A stretch of DNA of 43,966 nucleotides from Hyphomicrobiales bacterium (lineage in GTDB: Bacteria > Pseudomonadota > Alphaproteobacteria > Rhizobiales > Aestuariivirgaceae), in assembly GCA_043760745.1 (NCBI GenBank), contig JAYUOP010000293.1, positions 1 through 43,966 of the forward strand, written 5' to 3'. The notes under the pieces were generated by a model. That model ran no database searches and had not been told where the DNA came from. It was given only the letters and a program-made list of their open reading frames with translations. Shown here one piece after another: positions 32,601 to 40,148 of the stretch (position 1 is its first letter; each line of letters opens with the position of its first letter). A program made the position numbers and the translations under genes.

Positions 32601-33193
32601 AGTTTGAACGGCTTGGCCAAGATAAGGGATTGGAACAAGGGCTGGGTCTTGGTCTTTCAATTGTTGAGCGCATGGGCAAAGTGTTGCGACATCCGATTGG
32701 TGTGCGTTCAAAATTGAATTATGGATCTGTATTTTCGGTGCAGTTACCAATTGCCAAGGGGCCGCATTTGCCGTTGATTGTGGAGCAGGATGTTACTAAT
32801 CCAAGCTTACAACTTTCTGGGCTTCGCGTTCTCGTCATTGATAATGAACGTACAATTGTCGAAGGCATGCGGGCATTGTTGGCGGGCTGGGGGATCACCA
32901 TTGATGCAGCTCTGAGTGCGGCAGAGGCGATGGGCTATCTAAGCCAAGACAGCAAGCATTGGGATTTGATATTTGCCGATTACCACATTGATCATGAAGA
33001 CGGTATTTTGTTGGTTCAAAAAATGCGGCAGTCGATGCAGAGCGATATCCCCGCAATTTTGATTACGGCAGACCGCTCGAAAGCCGTGCAAGATTTAGCA
33101 GCTGCGGCTAACGTGAGTTATTTGCGAAAACCAGTTCGCCCTGCCGCATTGCGCGCAATGCTCATGCAATTGCTGGCTAGTAATCGGAAATAA
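29693..33193 (+). CDS. Hybrid sensor histidine kinase, CrbS/MxtR type (SLC5 transporter-like + STAC + PAS + HisKA/HATPase + receiver)
   Basis: YALSLGVYCTSWTYFGSVG and LLPRQFHV (SLC5). RYLG...LASAVGAASSRLV (STAC). ASHDILQPL (H-box), NLLSNAIKYT, DTGYG, GLGLGL, and a C-terminal receiver. Confidence 0.88.
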   Translation: MFLENWIVLLAGLAYVSILFCVATLGDKWAVKRAGLRIQKPLIYALSLGVYCTSWTYFGSVGVSSRTGFDFIPIYLGPILLFAFGWRLISRIVMVSKRENIASIADFISARYGKSQSLGALVAVIAVIGIVPYISIQLKALAFSLQTMMDASGWVISALGTSPVGGNMALLATVALALFSILFGTRHIDTTEHQDGMILAIAVESVVKLLAFMAVGIFVTFWTMGGIGPLLAEVQNDPTINAVFSTAPDGGRWLTMMLLSTCAIILLPRQFHVTVVENSHRNDVKRAAWLFPLYLIAINIFVAPIAIAGLSLVREADADTYVLALPIMAENNVVALIAFIGGLSAATAMVIMETIALSIMVCNNLVVPILLRRQDEMAVVQADMGKRLKIIRRIAICVILGLAYSYFLAAGNSAALAQTGLISFAAVAQFAPAFFGGLMWKRATARGARAGIIVGFLLWAYTLLLPSFIDSGWLDPIVLGQGPFGIGALRPRMLFGLEFDSLTHGVIWSLMGNIACYVGFSLMRKPTGIEQLQAEVFVDSDRVQRSGGDYRFWRSTVTTGQVEETVARYLGPDRARAAFSEMAEERHIADDPELEADVRILRFGELLLASAVGAASSRLVMALLLERHSKGSRGAMQLFDDASAAIQYNRELLQSAIDNVPQGIAVLDADYNLICWNLQYRALLALPDHLARVGVPISEIALALVDERANVATRLQQLTKTHNSFRKSFNESGRVIDVESDAMPDGGIVVTFTDVTANVRNAEALQSANETLERRVSERTAELTKLNIELAKAKAEADAANLGKTRFIAAASHDILQPLNAARLFTSSLVERETGQQNAELVRNVDASLEAVEDILSTVLDISRLDAGAMKPELSAFRLQDIFEALAREFAPLAKDKNLKLLILKTAAVVYSDKRLLRRILQNLLSNAIKYTPRGRVLMGVKRLGSALAVQVHDTGYGIAPEQHKLIFREFERLGQDKGLEQGLGLGLSIVERMGKVLRHPIGVRSKLNYGSVFSVQLPIAKGPHLPLIVEQDVTNPSLQLSGLRVLVIDNERTIVEGMRALLAGWGITIDAALSAAEAMGYLSQDSKHWDLIFADYHIDHEDGILLVQKMRQSMQSDIPAILITADRSKAVQDLAAAANVSYLRKPVRPAALRAMLMQLLASNRK

Positions 33194-33841
33194 TTATTGG
33201 TCTGGCATATCACCGTCAACGCGGCTAGCAACAATCACAGCTTGGGTTCGGCTATCAACATTTAGTTTCTGTAAAATCGCCGAGACGTGGGCTTTGATCG
33301 TTGCTTCAGATACTGTGAGTTGAAAGGCAATTTGCTTGTTCAATTTCCCCTCGCGCAACATCATCAACACGCGCAATTGTTGAGGTGTAAGAGATGCGAG
33401 CCGCCGCGCTAAATCTTCGGTTTCAGGGTCACTTGCAGTAGCTGTTGCGGCTTCTGGCGCCCAAATTCCGCCCGCCAAAATCGTAGCAACGGCTTGACGA
33501 ATATCTTCTGCTGCAGTTGATTTTGGAACATAACCTGCGGCCCCCAAAGCAAGCGCGCGACGCATAATTGCCGGCTCATCCTGGCCCGAGACAATAACCA
33601 CCGGTACACTGGGAAATTGCGACCTGAGATAAACGAGGCCGGAAAAACCTTGAACGCCCGGCATACGCAAATCCAGCATGACCAAATCAAACTCATGCTC
33701 ACCGGTCAAAAATGCGTTTACTTGATCAAGATTGCCCGCCTCACTGATCAGCATATTTGCTTGTGGTCCGCTCAGGGCGAGTTTCAGCGCGTCACGAAAC
33801 AGCGGATGATCGTCAACAATTAAAATACGCCATTGGGTCAT
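33194..33841 (-). CDS. LuxR/NarL-family response regulator (CrbR/ErdR-like)
   Basis: IVDDHPLFR, LDLRMPG, LTPQQLRVL...NKQIA...EATIKAHVSAIL. ATG 33841 after AAGGAG. Convergent with the hybrid kinase. Confidence 0.88.
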   Translation of the reverse strand: MTQWRILIVDDHPLFRDALKLALSGPQANMLISEAGNLDQVNAFLTGEHEFDLVMLDLRMPGVQGFSGLVYLRSQFPSVPVVIVSGQDEPAIMRRALALGAAGYVPKSTAAEDIRQAVATILAGGIWAPEAATATASDPETEDLARRLASLTPQQLRVLMMLREGKLNKQIAFQLTVSEATIKAHVSAILQKLNVDSRTQAVIVASRVDGDMPDQ

Positions 33842-33926
33842 TGGTAAAAACTCCTTCATACGACTATCGAACAATTCTAAGCGGTGTGATAGTGCTTCTT
33901 TCGTAGTTGATTTAAAAAGTGATTTG

Positions 33927-34877
33927 ATGACCGATCGTCTTGGTTTTTTTGCCGATATTCAACCCTGTCGACGTGGCCGACTGCGGGTTTCAGAAGTTCA
34001 TGAGATATTTTTTGAAGAATGCGGCAATCCTGTGGGCAAGCCCGTAGTGGTTCTTCATGGTGGGCCGGGCGGTGGCATATCGCCAAATTTACGCCGCCTC
34101 CATGATCCCGCTTGTTACCGTATCATTTTGATGGACCAACGCGGCTGTGGCCAGTCCACGCCTTATGCGGAACTTCGCGAAAATACCACCTGGGATTTGG
34201 TGGTGGATATTGAAGTTTTGCGTCAACACTTGCAGATTGAACGTTGGCAAGTTTTGGGTGGGTCTTGGGGATCAACGCTGGCTTTGGCTTACGCACAAAA
34301 ACATCCCGAACGCGTAACGGCGTTAATTGTGCGCAGTATTTTTGCTGGCCGCAAAACAGAAATTCAATGGCTTTATCAAGAAGGCGCTAGCCGCCTGTTC
34401 ACGGACCTATGGCAGGACTTTGTGGCACCGATTCCCGAAATTGAGCGTAACGATATTGTTGCGGCTTACTACAAGCGCCTGACCGGAATGGACGAAGATG
34501 TGCAATTAGCCTGCGCCAAGAGTTGGAGTCGTTGGGAAGGTTCTGTTCTGTCCTTGTTGCCTGATTTGGCGCGGGTAGCAGATTTTGGCGAACCAAAATT
34601 CGCAATCGCTTTCGCACGTATCGAATGCCATTACTTCTATCACAATTGCTTCTTGGCGCGTGATGACCAGTTATTAGCGGATGCACATAAGCTTGAAGGT
34701 GTTCCCGGAGGGATTGTGCAAGGCCGCTACGATGTGGTGACACCGTTCGAAACTGCTTACGCCTTACATCAGAATTGGCGTGGTTCTGAGCTTAAAATCA
34801 TCGACGATGCAGGCCATGCTATGGCGGAACCCGGTATGGTCGATGCGCTCGTTCGAATGACAGAAAAATTCAAATAA
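33927..34877 (+). CDS. pip: Prolyl aminopeptidase (proline iminopeptidase)
   Basis: HGGPGGG, DQRGCG.STP, GGSWGSTL nucleophile elbow, FARIECHYF, QGRYD, DAGH. Confidence 0.93.
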   Translation: MTDRLGFFADIQPCRRGRLRVSEVHEIFFEECGNPVGKPVVVLHGGPGGGISPNLRRLHDPACYRIILMDQRGCGQSTPYAELRENTTWDLVVDIEVLRQHLQIERWQVLGGSWGSTLALAYAQKHPERVTALIVRSIFAGRKTEIQWLYQEGASRLFTDLWQDFVAPIPEIERNDIVAAYYKRLTGMDEDVQLACAKSWSRWEGSVLSLLPDLARVADFGEPKFAIAFARIECHYFYHNCFLARDDQLLADAHKLEGVPGGIVQGRYDVVTPFETAYALHQNWRGSELKIIDDAGHAMAEPGMVDALVRMTEKFK

Positions 34878-34889
34878 AGGAGAATGAAA

Positions 34890-35657
34890 ATGGTCAATCG
34901 ATTGGCAAACAAAATTGCTGTGGTATCTGGCGGAGCCGGTGGTTGCGGTGCTGCTGCTGTGCGCCTGTTTGCAGCGGAAGGTGCCACGGTCGGCATCATA
35001 GATCGCGACGTTGCCGGGGGCCAGGCTTTAGTTGCTGAACTTGCAGCTAAAGGACAACGCGCGGTTTTTGCAGGCGCAAATGTTGCCTCAGCCGCCGAAG
35101 TCAATCGCGCGGTTGCTGATATTGTAAACCAGCTTGGACCGATAACAGTATTGTTCAATCACGCTGGCACCATCGTGATCAAGCCTTTTCTGGAAACTGA
35201 AGAAGAGGACTGGGATTTCCTATTCGATGTGAACGTAAAAAGCATGTATCTAGTGACCCGGGCTGTGCTGCCGCATATGTTAGCGGCGGGCGGCGGTAGC
35301 ATCGTTTGTACCTCTTCGATTTCAGCGGTTTATGCAACCCCAATGGAAGTTCTCTACGATGCCACTAAGGGTGCCGTTCACATGTTTTCGCGCGCGATTG
35401 CAGTCGAGTTTCGTAATCGTAACATACGGTGCAATGCGGTGTGTCCCGGTTTTATCAAAACTCCACATGGCGACCGGGAAGTTCAGGCGCTCAATGCGCT
35501 TGGCGTGGATGTTTCAGATGCAGCGATCATCGCTGCTCAAGGGCGCATGGGCACACCAGAGGATATCGCAAGAGCTGCGCTTTATTTGGCGTCAGATGAA
35601 AGTGAATTCATCACTGGAACACAGTTATTTGTCGATAATGGGTTTAGTGCCGTCTAA
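34890..35657 (+). CDS. Short-chain dehydrogenase/reductase (SDR)
   Basis: SGGAGGCG, NHAG, YxxxK (YDATK), NAVCPG, VDNG. SD AAGGAG; an alternative ATG lies at 34884. Confidence 0.88.
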   Translation: MVNRLANKIAVVSGGAGGCGAAAVRLFAAEGATVGIIDRDVAGGQALVAELAAKGQRAVFAGANVASAAEVNRAVADIVNQLGPITVLFNHAGTIVIKPFLETEEEDWDFLFDVNVKSMYLVTRAVLPHMLAAGGGSIVCTSSISAVYATPMEVLYDATKGAVHMFSRAIAVEFRNRNIRCNAVCPGFIKTPHGDREVQALNALGVDVSDAAIIAAQGRMGTPEDIARAALYLASDESEFITGTQLFVDNGFSAV

Positions 35658-35814
35658 ATTTTGGGCGCAATATTGCCGCAATATGGTCAGGACAATGCCT
35701 AGATGTCGGCACTTTGATGCCGTTATCACAAGCCAACTTCAGTCTCGATCCAGCGGGGATCTGCCAGTTTAACGACTGGCATTTATGGAAGGGGATTTAA
35801 AAATCTTTCCACCG

Positions 35815-35906
35815 TTGTGAGCGAGTTGATCCGGTAGGCTCCTGTCGCCGTCCCGAGTTGATCGGATCAAAGGCCCGTCCATGCCCTGTCGGTGTGGGCG
35901 GGCCAC
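35815..35906 (+). ncRNA. Candidate small RNA with two stable hairpins
   Basis: Hairpin 35826-35870 (loop CUGUCGCCGUCCC) and a 14-bp hairpin 35872-35904 (loop CUGUC). Multiple G-U pairs favour the + strand. Lies in a ~290-nt intergenic region. Ends are uncertain. Confidence 0.45.
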
Positions 35907-35914
35907 GCTGCGCG

Positions 35915-35929
35915 GTTCTCGTTTTGTAC
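35915..35929 (+). promoter_or_regulatory. Alphaproteobacterial LexA (SOS) box upstream of rmuC
   Basis: GTTC-TCGTTTT-GTAC is one mismatch from GTTC-N7-GTTC, 21 nt before the rmuC ATG. Confidence 0.65.
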
Positions 35930-35950
35930 GAATCAGTGTATCCACGGTTT

Positions 35951-37120
35951 ATGGAACTCAACGACATCATATTGCAGATCGGCCAGCAGCAGTTTTCACT
36001 GCTTGATCTGCTTTTAATCGTGGCGGGGTTTGGTCTTTTACTTCTCCTGGCTGCAGTCATTTTTGCGTGGCGCGGCCAACGCGGGCGTAAACATGAATTG
36101 AATGAGGCTTCCCAGCGCGCCGCCGATATGGAATTTCGTTTGGCCGAAATGGCAGGCTCTTTGCGCAGTTTTGCAGAACAATCGCATGGCCAGCAAGCGG
36201 TTCTGGCACAAACCCTGAATGAACGCTTGGATCAGGTTGGCCACCGGGTTGGTGTTGGTCTGACAGATCAAGCAACGCGCACACAGCACTCTCTAAGCCA
36301 GCTGCATGAGCGGTTGGCGGTGATTGATACGGCCCAACGCAACATAACGCATCTTTCGACTGAGATGATCAGTCTTAAAGATATTCTGAATAACAAACAA
36401 ACCCGCGGTGCTTTTGGGCAAGGTCGCATGGAAGCGATCATCAGGGATGGGTTGCAGCATTCAGCTTATGATTTTCAAGCATCGCTTTCCAATGGTTTAC
36501 GACCAGATTGCGTGATCCATTTGCCCGACTCGGTTCTTAAATTAGTGATCGATGCAAAGTTTCCTTTGGAGGCTTACAATGCGATGCGCGGGTGCACAAC
36601 TGAAGCGGAAACCAAAGCTGCTGAACAACGCTTACGCGTTGATGTACTGCGTCATGTCAAAGATATTGCCGATAAATATTTCATCAGTGGCGAGACCCAA
36701 GAAACTGCCATTATGTTTGTGCCATCGGAATCGATCTCGGCGGAATTGCATGAGCGTTTTGAAGATGTGATCCAGAAGGCCCATAAAATGCGGGTAATTA
36801 TTGCCTCACCTAATGTGTTGCTCTTGTTAGTTCAAACCATGCAAGCCTTGTTCAAAGATGTGGCGATGCGCGAGCAAGCCCACGCAATCAAAAACGAAGT
36901 AGCGAAATTACTGGAAGATGTAGGCAGACTTACAGACCGCGTTGGCGACTTAAGAAAACACTTTGATCTGGCGAACACTGATATTGAAAAACTTAGTATT
37001 TCATCAGACCGCATTTCAAAACGCGGTGCCAAAATTGAGAACCTCGATCTCGAAGAGCCCGCCAAACTGGAAGCAACAGCCCCGCGTTTAGTAGCCACAC
37101 GACAATCATCCGTGAACTGA
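35951..37120 (+). CDS. rmuC: DNA recombination protein RmuC
   Basis: N-terminal TM helix, coiled coil, NKQTRGAFGQ, RPDC, IDAKFPLE, AIMFVPSE. ATG 35951. Confidence 0.92.
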   Translation: MELNDIILQIGQQQFSLLDLLLIVAGFGLLLLLAAVIFAWRGQRGRKHELNEASQRAADMEFRLAEMAGSLRSFAEQSHGQQAVLAQTLNERLDQVGHRVGVGLTDQATRTQHSLSQLHERLAVIDTAQRNITHLSTEMISLKDILNNKQTRGAFGQGRMEAIIRDGLQHSAYDFQASLSNGLRPDCVIHLPDSVLKLVIDAKFPLEAYNAMRGCTTEAETKAAEQRLRVDVLRHVKDIADKYFISGETQETAIMFVPSESISAELHERFEDVIQKAHKMRVIIASPNVLLLLVQTMQALFKDVAMREQAHAIKNEVAKLLEDVGRLTDRVGDLRKHFDLANTDIEKLSISSDRISKRGAKIENLDLEEPAKLEATAPRLVATRQSSVN

Positions 37121-37123
37121 TAA

Positions 37124-37774
37124 TTACAAAACAGCTAACACGTCTTTGAAATCTTCGAGAGCTTGGCGTCCCTTTGGGCTTAGCATATAAACGCCGCGGG
37201 ACTCGCGCTTAAACCAACCATAAGCATCGCGCTGCAATAGACTTGACGCTTTTTGAACACCTGACTTTTCTTGAATGTCGCTGAGCTTTGCCAATTCAAG
37301 TCCAACAATTTTGGCACAGCGCAAAACGTCTTGGCGGTAAGCAGTCACAACTGGTCGTTTGGTTGAGCCACCCTTATTGTGATCGCCAACCCGGCTTTGA
37401 AATTCTTTTAAGAGACGTCCGATTTTCTTGGTGTTTTTACGCGGGGTATATGGGGTGGGGTCAATCCTTGCTTCAACCCAATTGCCATTGACCAAAAGAA
37501 GTCCCAAACCCAAGCGGCGGCAGAGTTTGATTTCCTCTTTCCAAAGATGACCGGCACGATCGGGAACGGCCAAATAAACCAGTTCGACGAGACTTAATCT
37601 GTCAATGCCTTGATACAAAAGCTGGAGATTAAAACTGGTTTTAAGCTCAACAATAACTGGAGGCATGTCTGCACGTTTTGCGACAACATCACAATCTTTG
37701 ATCTCAGCTTTGACTTCAAAGCCTTGACTTTCCAAGAACCGTTTTACAGGATCATAGAGTTCGGTTTCGCGCAA
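37124..37774 (-). CDS. DUF2161 family putative PD-(D/E)XK protein
   Basis: RETELYDPVK, CDVVA, VELK..FNL.L, LCRRLGLG, GD.N.GGS, TAYRQ, YGWF.R..RG.Y.L. Probable TTG start at 37774 (ORF track starts at 37807). Confidence 0.78.
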   Translation of the reverse strand: MRETELYDPVKRFLESQGFEVKAEIKDCDVVAKRADMPPVIVELKTSFNLQLLYQGIDRLSLVELVYLAVPDRAGHLWKEEIKLCRRLGLGLLLVNGNWVEARIDPTPYTPRKNTKKIGRLLKEFQSRVGDHNKGGSTKRPVVTAYRQDVLRCAKIVGLELAKLSDIQEKSGVQKASSLLQRDAYGWFKRESRGVYMLSPKGRQALEDFKDVLAVL

Positions 37775-37825
37775 AAAATGCCCTTTCGTTTTTACTGAAA
37801 GGGACATTAGCTTGATTCGGGATAA

Positions 37826-39088
37826 TTATTTACTGATGAATACGTCTGCTGTGATGGCTTCTTTAATCGTCTTAAAGACTTCCGCGATGTCTGCACCGTC
37901 CTTGGCCATGAAGAAGTGTTTTGCAGGATCACTCGAACAATTGCGTAACCGATTAACAGTATCAGGATCGTATAAATCGAAAGCCACTGTGATTAAGGTA
38001 ATTCCGTCGCTTTTGGCATTTGCGCAGATTTTTTCGAGATTCTTTTCACCATTGGAAACATTGCGCGAACCACCGGGACCAAAACTTGGTTCGGTCTGCT
38101 CGCCATCCGTTAAGACAACCATGTATTTTTCGGTTTTCTTGTCACTATAGTTTGCACCTTCGGCAAACGGTGCGTTGGGCGACAAGAGGTGATAGCCAAA
38201 CTCAGCTCCCAATGCGATGTGGGTCCATGCATATGGTTTCATAGAAGACAATTGTGATTTTACAGCACTGAAGTCATCGGTGAGCGGGCGAACTTTTAGA
38301 TTGTTATCGACATAGCCAACACAGCCCCATGCGGCATGATCCGGCGCGTCAGGCTGTCCCCATTTGCTATCATCGCCGCCTGAAGGCGTGGAACTTGAAA
38401 GATTATTGGGATATTTGCGATCTTGGGTACAGCCAGTCCAGCCCGTTAATGGAGCACCAATGACAAATTCGCCGGGTAAATTGAGATAGACATGATGAGA
38501 AAAAGGGACGAGGCCAAATTTTACTTTATCTGGGCTCGTGGCTTCCAAATCGGTGACCAAAGCAAGAGCAGCATTGCGCATTGAAAGATATTTTTGTTGC
38601 CCGCCAGCGAGGTCCCACATCGAACCGGAGTAATCTAAAACCAATGCAATTTCTGCTTTTTTGTTGGCCGCGATTGTCACTTCGGTATCTGCTGCACTAT
38701 CCATTTCGGATATTCCAGCAAACTGCATAAAACCGGTTTTAACTTTAGTCTCTGCGACAGCATAAACGACGCCATTTTTGACTGTGATTGTCGGAACGAT
38801 ATCTGATCCCGAGAGGATGCCATGTTCCACGTTAGCAGCAAAAATATCTTTACCAATTTTAATGCGCGCTGCATCTGATTTGTCGTCAGCAGCGGCTGCA
38901 GCTAAAGCAGCAGCGTCTAATGCACCCTGCAATTTAGTTGTGGCGATAAGATTTCGTCCAATATCGATGCCCATGCCCATTGCAAAACACAAAGGAATAG
39001 CAGTTACGGCAAAGATTGTTGCGACAGTGCCATTTTGCGCTTGGCCAAAACGGCGCATTAAACGAGAAAGTCGGTGTGATAATGCCAT
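37826..39088 (-). CDS. Tad pilus-associated TadG/CpaL-like protein with vWA domain
   Basis: Prepilin-like N-terminus (basic, then G-TVATIFA hydrophobic helix), LQGALDAAALAAA, MIDAS LVLDYSGSM, VLTDG. Confidence 0.8.
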   Translation of the reverse strand: MALSHRLSRLMRRFGQAQNGTVATIFAVTAIPLCFAMGMGIDIGRNLIATTKLQGALDAAALAAAAADDKSDAARIKIGKDIFAANVEHGILSGSDIVPTITVKNGVVYAVAETKVKTGFMQFAGISEMDSAADTEVTIAANKKAEIALVLDYSGSMWDLAGGQQKYLSMRNAALALVTDLEATSPDKVKFGLVPFSHHVYLNLPGEFVIGAPLTGWTGCTQDRKYPNNLSSSTPSGGDDSKWGQPDAPDHAAWGCVGYVDNNLKVRPLTDDFSAVKSQLSSMKPYAWTHIALGAEFGYHLLSPNAPFAEGANYSDKKTEKYMVVLTDGEQTEPSFGPGGSRNVSNGEKNLEKICANAKSDGITLITVAFDLYDPDTVNRLRNCSSDPAKHFFMAKDGADIAEVFKTIKEAITADVFISK

Positions 39089-39196
39089 GTTGAATGCTCC
39101 ATTGTGTCATTCCGGTACAAACCGGGTGGGTATGAACAACACAAAGCAAGCAGCGATCCCAATGAAGAAAAAGAATGGATCGGCATAAGATTGGGG

Positions 39197-39212
39197 TTTA
39201 TAAAGCGTTAAC
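39197..39212. promoter_or_regulatory. CtrA-like box upstream of the TadG/CpaL-like gene
   Basis: TTTA-TAAAGCG-TTAAC, one mismatch from TTAA-N7-TTAAC, ~110 nt upstream of the ATG. Confidence 0.45.
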
Positions 39213-39220
39213 GGAGGCTG

Positions 39221-39823
39221 TTAAAGTGGGCGGCGAGCGCGCATAGCGGCAGTTAACGTGCCTTCATCAAGGTAATCAAGTTCGCCACCAACTGGCACGC
39301 CATGCGCCAACCTAGAGGTTGACAGGCCTAAAATTTTTAATCGTTCCAGAATGTAATGCGCGGTGGTTTGACCCTCGACGGTAGCGTTGGTTGCCAGTAC
39401 AACTTCGCGCATTTCTGGACCAGAGCACCGCATGATAAGGGGATCAATATTCAAATCTTCTGGGCGAATGCCTTCCATAGCGGAGAGCGTTCCACCGAGG
39501 ACATGGTAAAGCCCATTCCAAGCGCCTGCTCGCTCTAAAGCCCAAAGATCGCCCACCTCTTCCACCACACAAATCACGGATTGATCGCGGCGGGGATCAG
39601 CGCAGAGTGAACATGGATTGAGGGTATCGACATTACCACAAGAACTGCAGACTGAGACCTTCTCTTCTGCATCCGCCATGGCGTTGGCGAGCGGGCTTAA
39701 AAGTTTCTCGCGATTCTTGATCAGGTGCAAAGCGGCGCGCCTAGCGGACCTCGGCCCAAGCCCCGGCAGTTTTGCAAGGAGCTGGATCAGCCGCTCAATT
39801 TCGGGCCCTGCCGTGCGCCGCAT
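39221..39823 (-). CDS. recR: Recombination mediator RecR
   Basis: [11 protein letters not shown] HhH, C4 zinc finger, [34 protein letters not shown]. Confidence 0.97.
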   Translation of the reverse strand: MRRTAGPEIERLIQLLAKLPGLGPRSARRAALHLIKNREKLLSPLANAMADAEEKVSVCSSCGNVDTLNPCSLCADPRRDQSVICVVEEVGDLWALERAGAWNGLYHVLGGTLSAMEGIRPEDLNIDPLIMRCSGPEMREVVLATNATVEGQTTAHYILERLKILGLSTSRLAHGVPVGGELDYLDEGTLTAAMRARRPL

Positions 39824-39824
39824 G

Positions 39825-40148
39825 CTAGAACGGCAGTTTCATGCCGGGGGGAATCGCCATGCCACCGGTTACTGATTTCATTTCTTCGGCCATCGTAGCT
39901 TCGCTTTTGTTTTTGGCATCGGCATGTGCTGCAACAATCAAATCTTCGAGGATTTCTTTTTCGTCTGGCATCAACAAAGTTTGATCAATGGCAATTCCAA
40001 CCAATGCACCTTTGCCAGACATCGTGATCTTCACAACGCCACCACCACTTTGGCCAACGACTGTTGCCGCTTCTAGTTTGGTTTGCATTTCCCCCATGCG
40101 GGCTTGCATGGATTGAACCTGCTTCATCATATCATTGATATTCATCAT
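39825..40148 (-). CDS. ybaB: YbaB/EbfC nucleoid-associated protein
   Basis: [34 protein letters not shown]. Lies between dnaX and recR. Confidence 0.94.
   Translation of the reverse strand: MMNINDMMKQVQSMQARMGEMQTKLEAATVVGQSGGGVVKITMSGKGALVGIAIDQTLLMPDEKEILEDLIVAAHADAKNKSEATMAEEMKSVTGGMAIPPGMKLPF

Noticed and set aside
35938-35946. DnaA-box-like GTATCCACG suggesting oriC
   Set aside because: A single degenerate match, with no box cluster or AT-rich unwinding element.
35858-35950. Extended rmuC N-terminus starting at TTG 35858
   Set aside because: It runs through the hairpins and the LexA-like box. ATG 35951 gives a normal TM-anchored RmuC.
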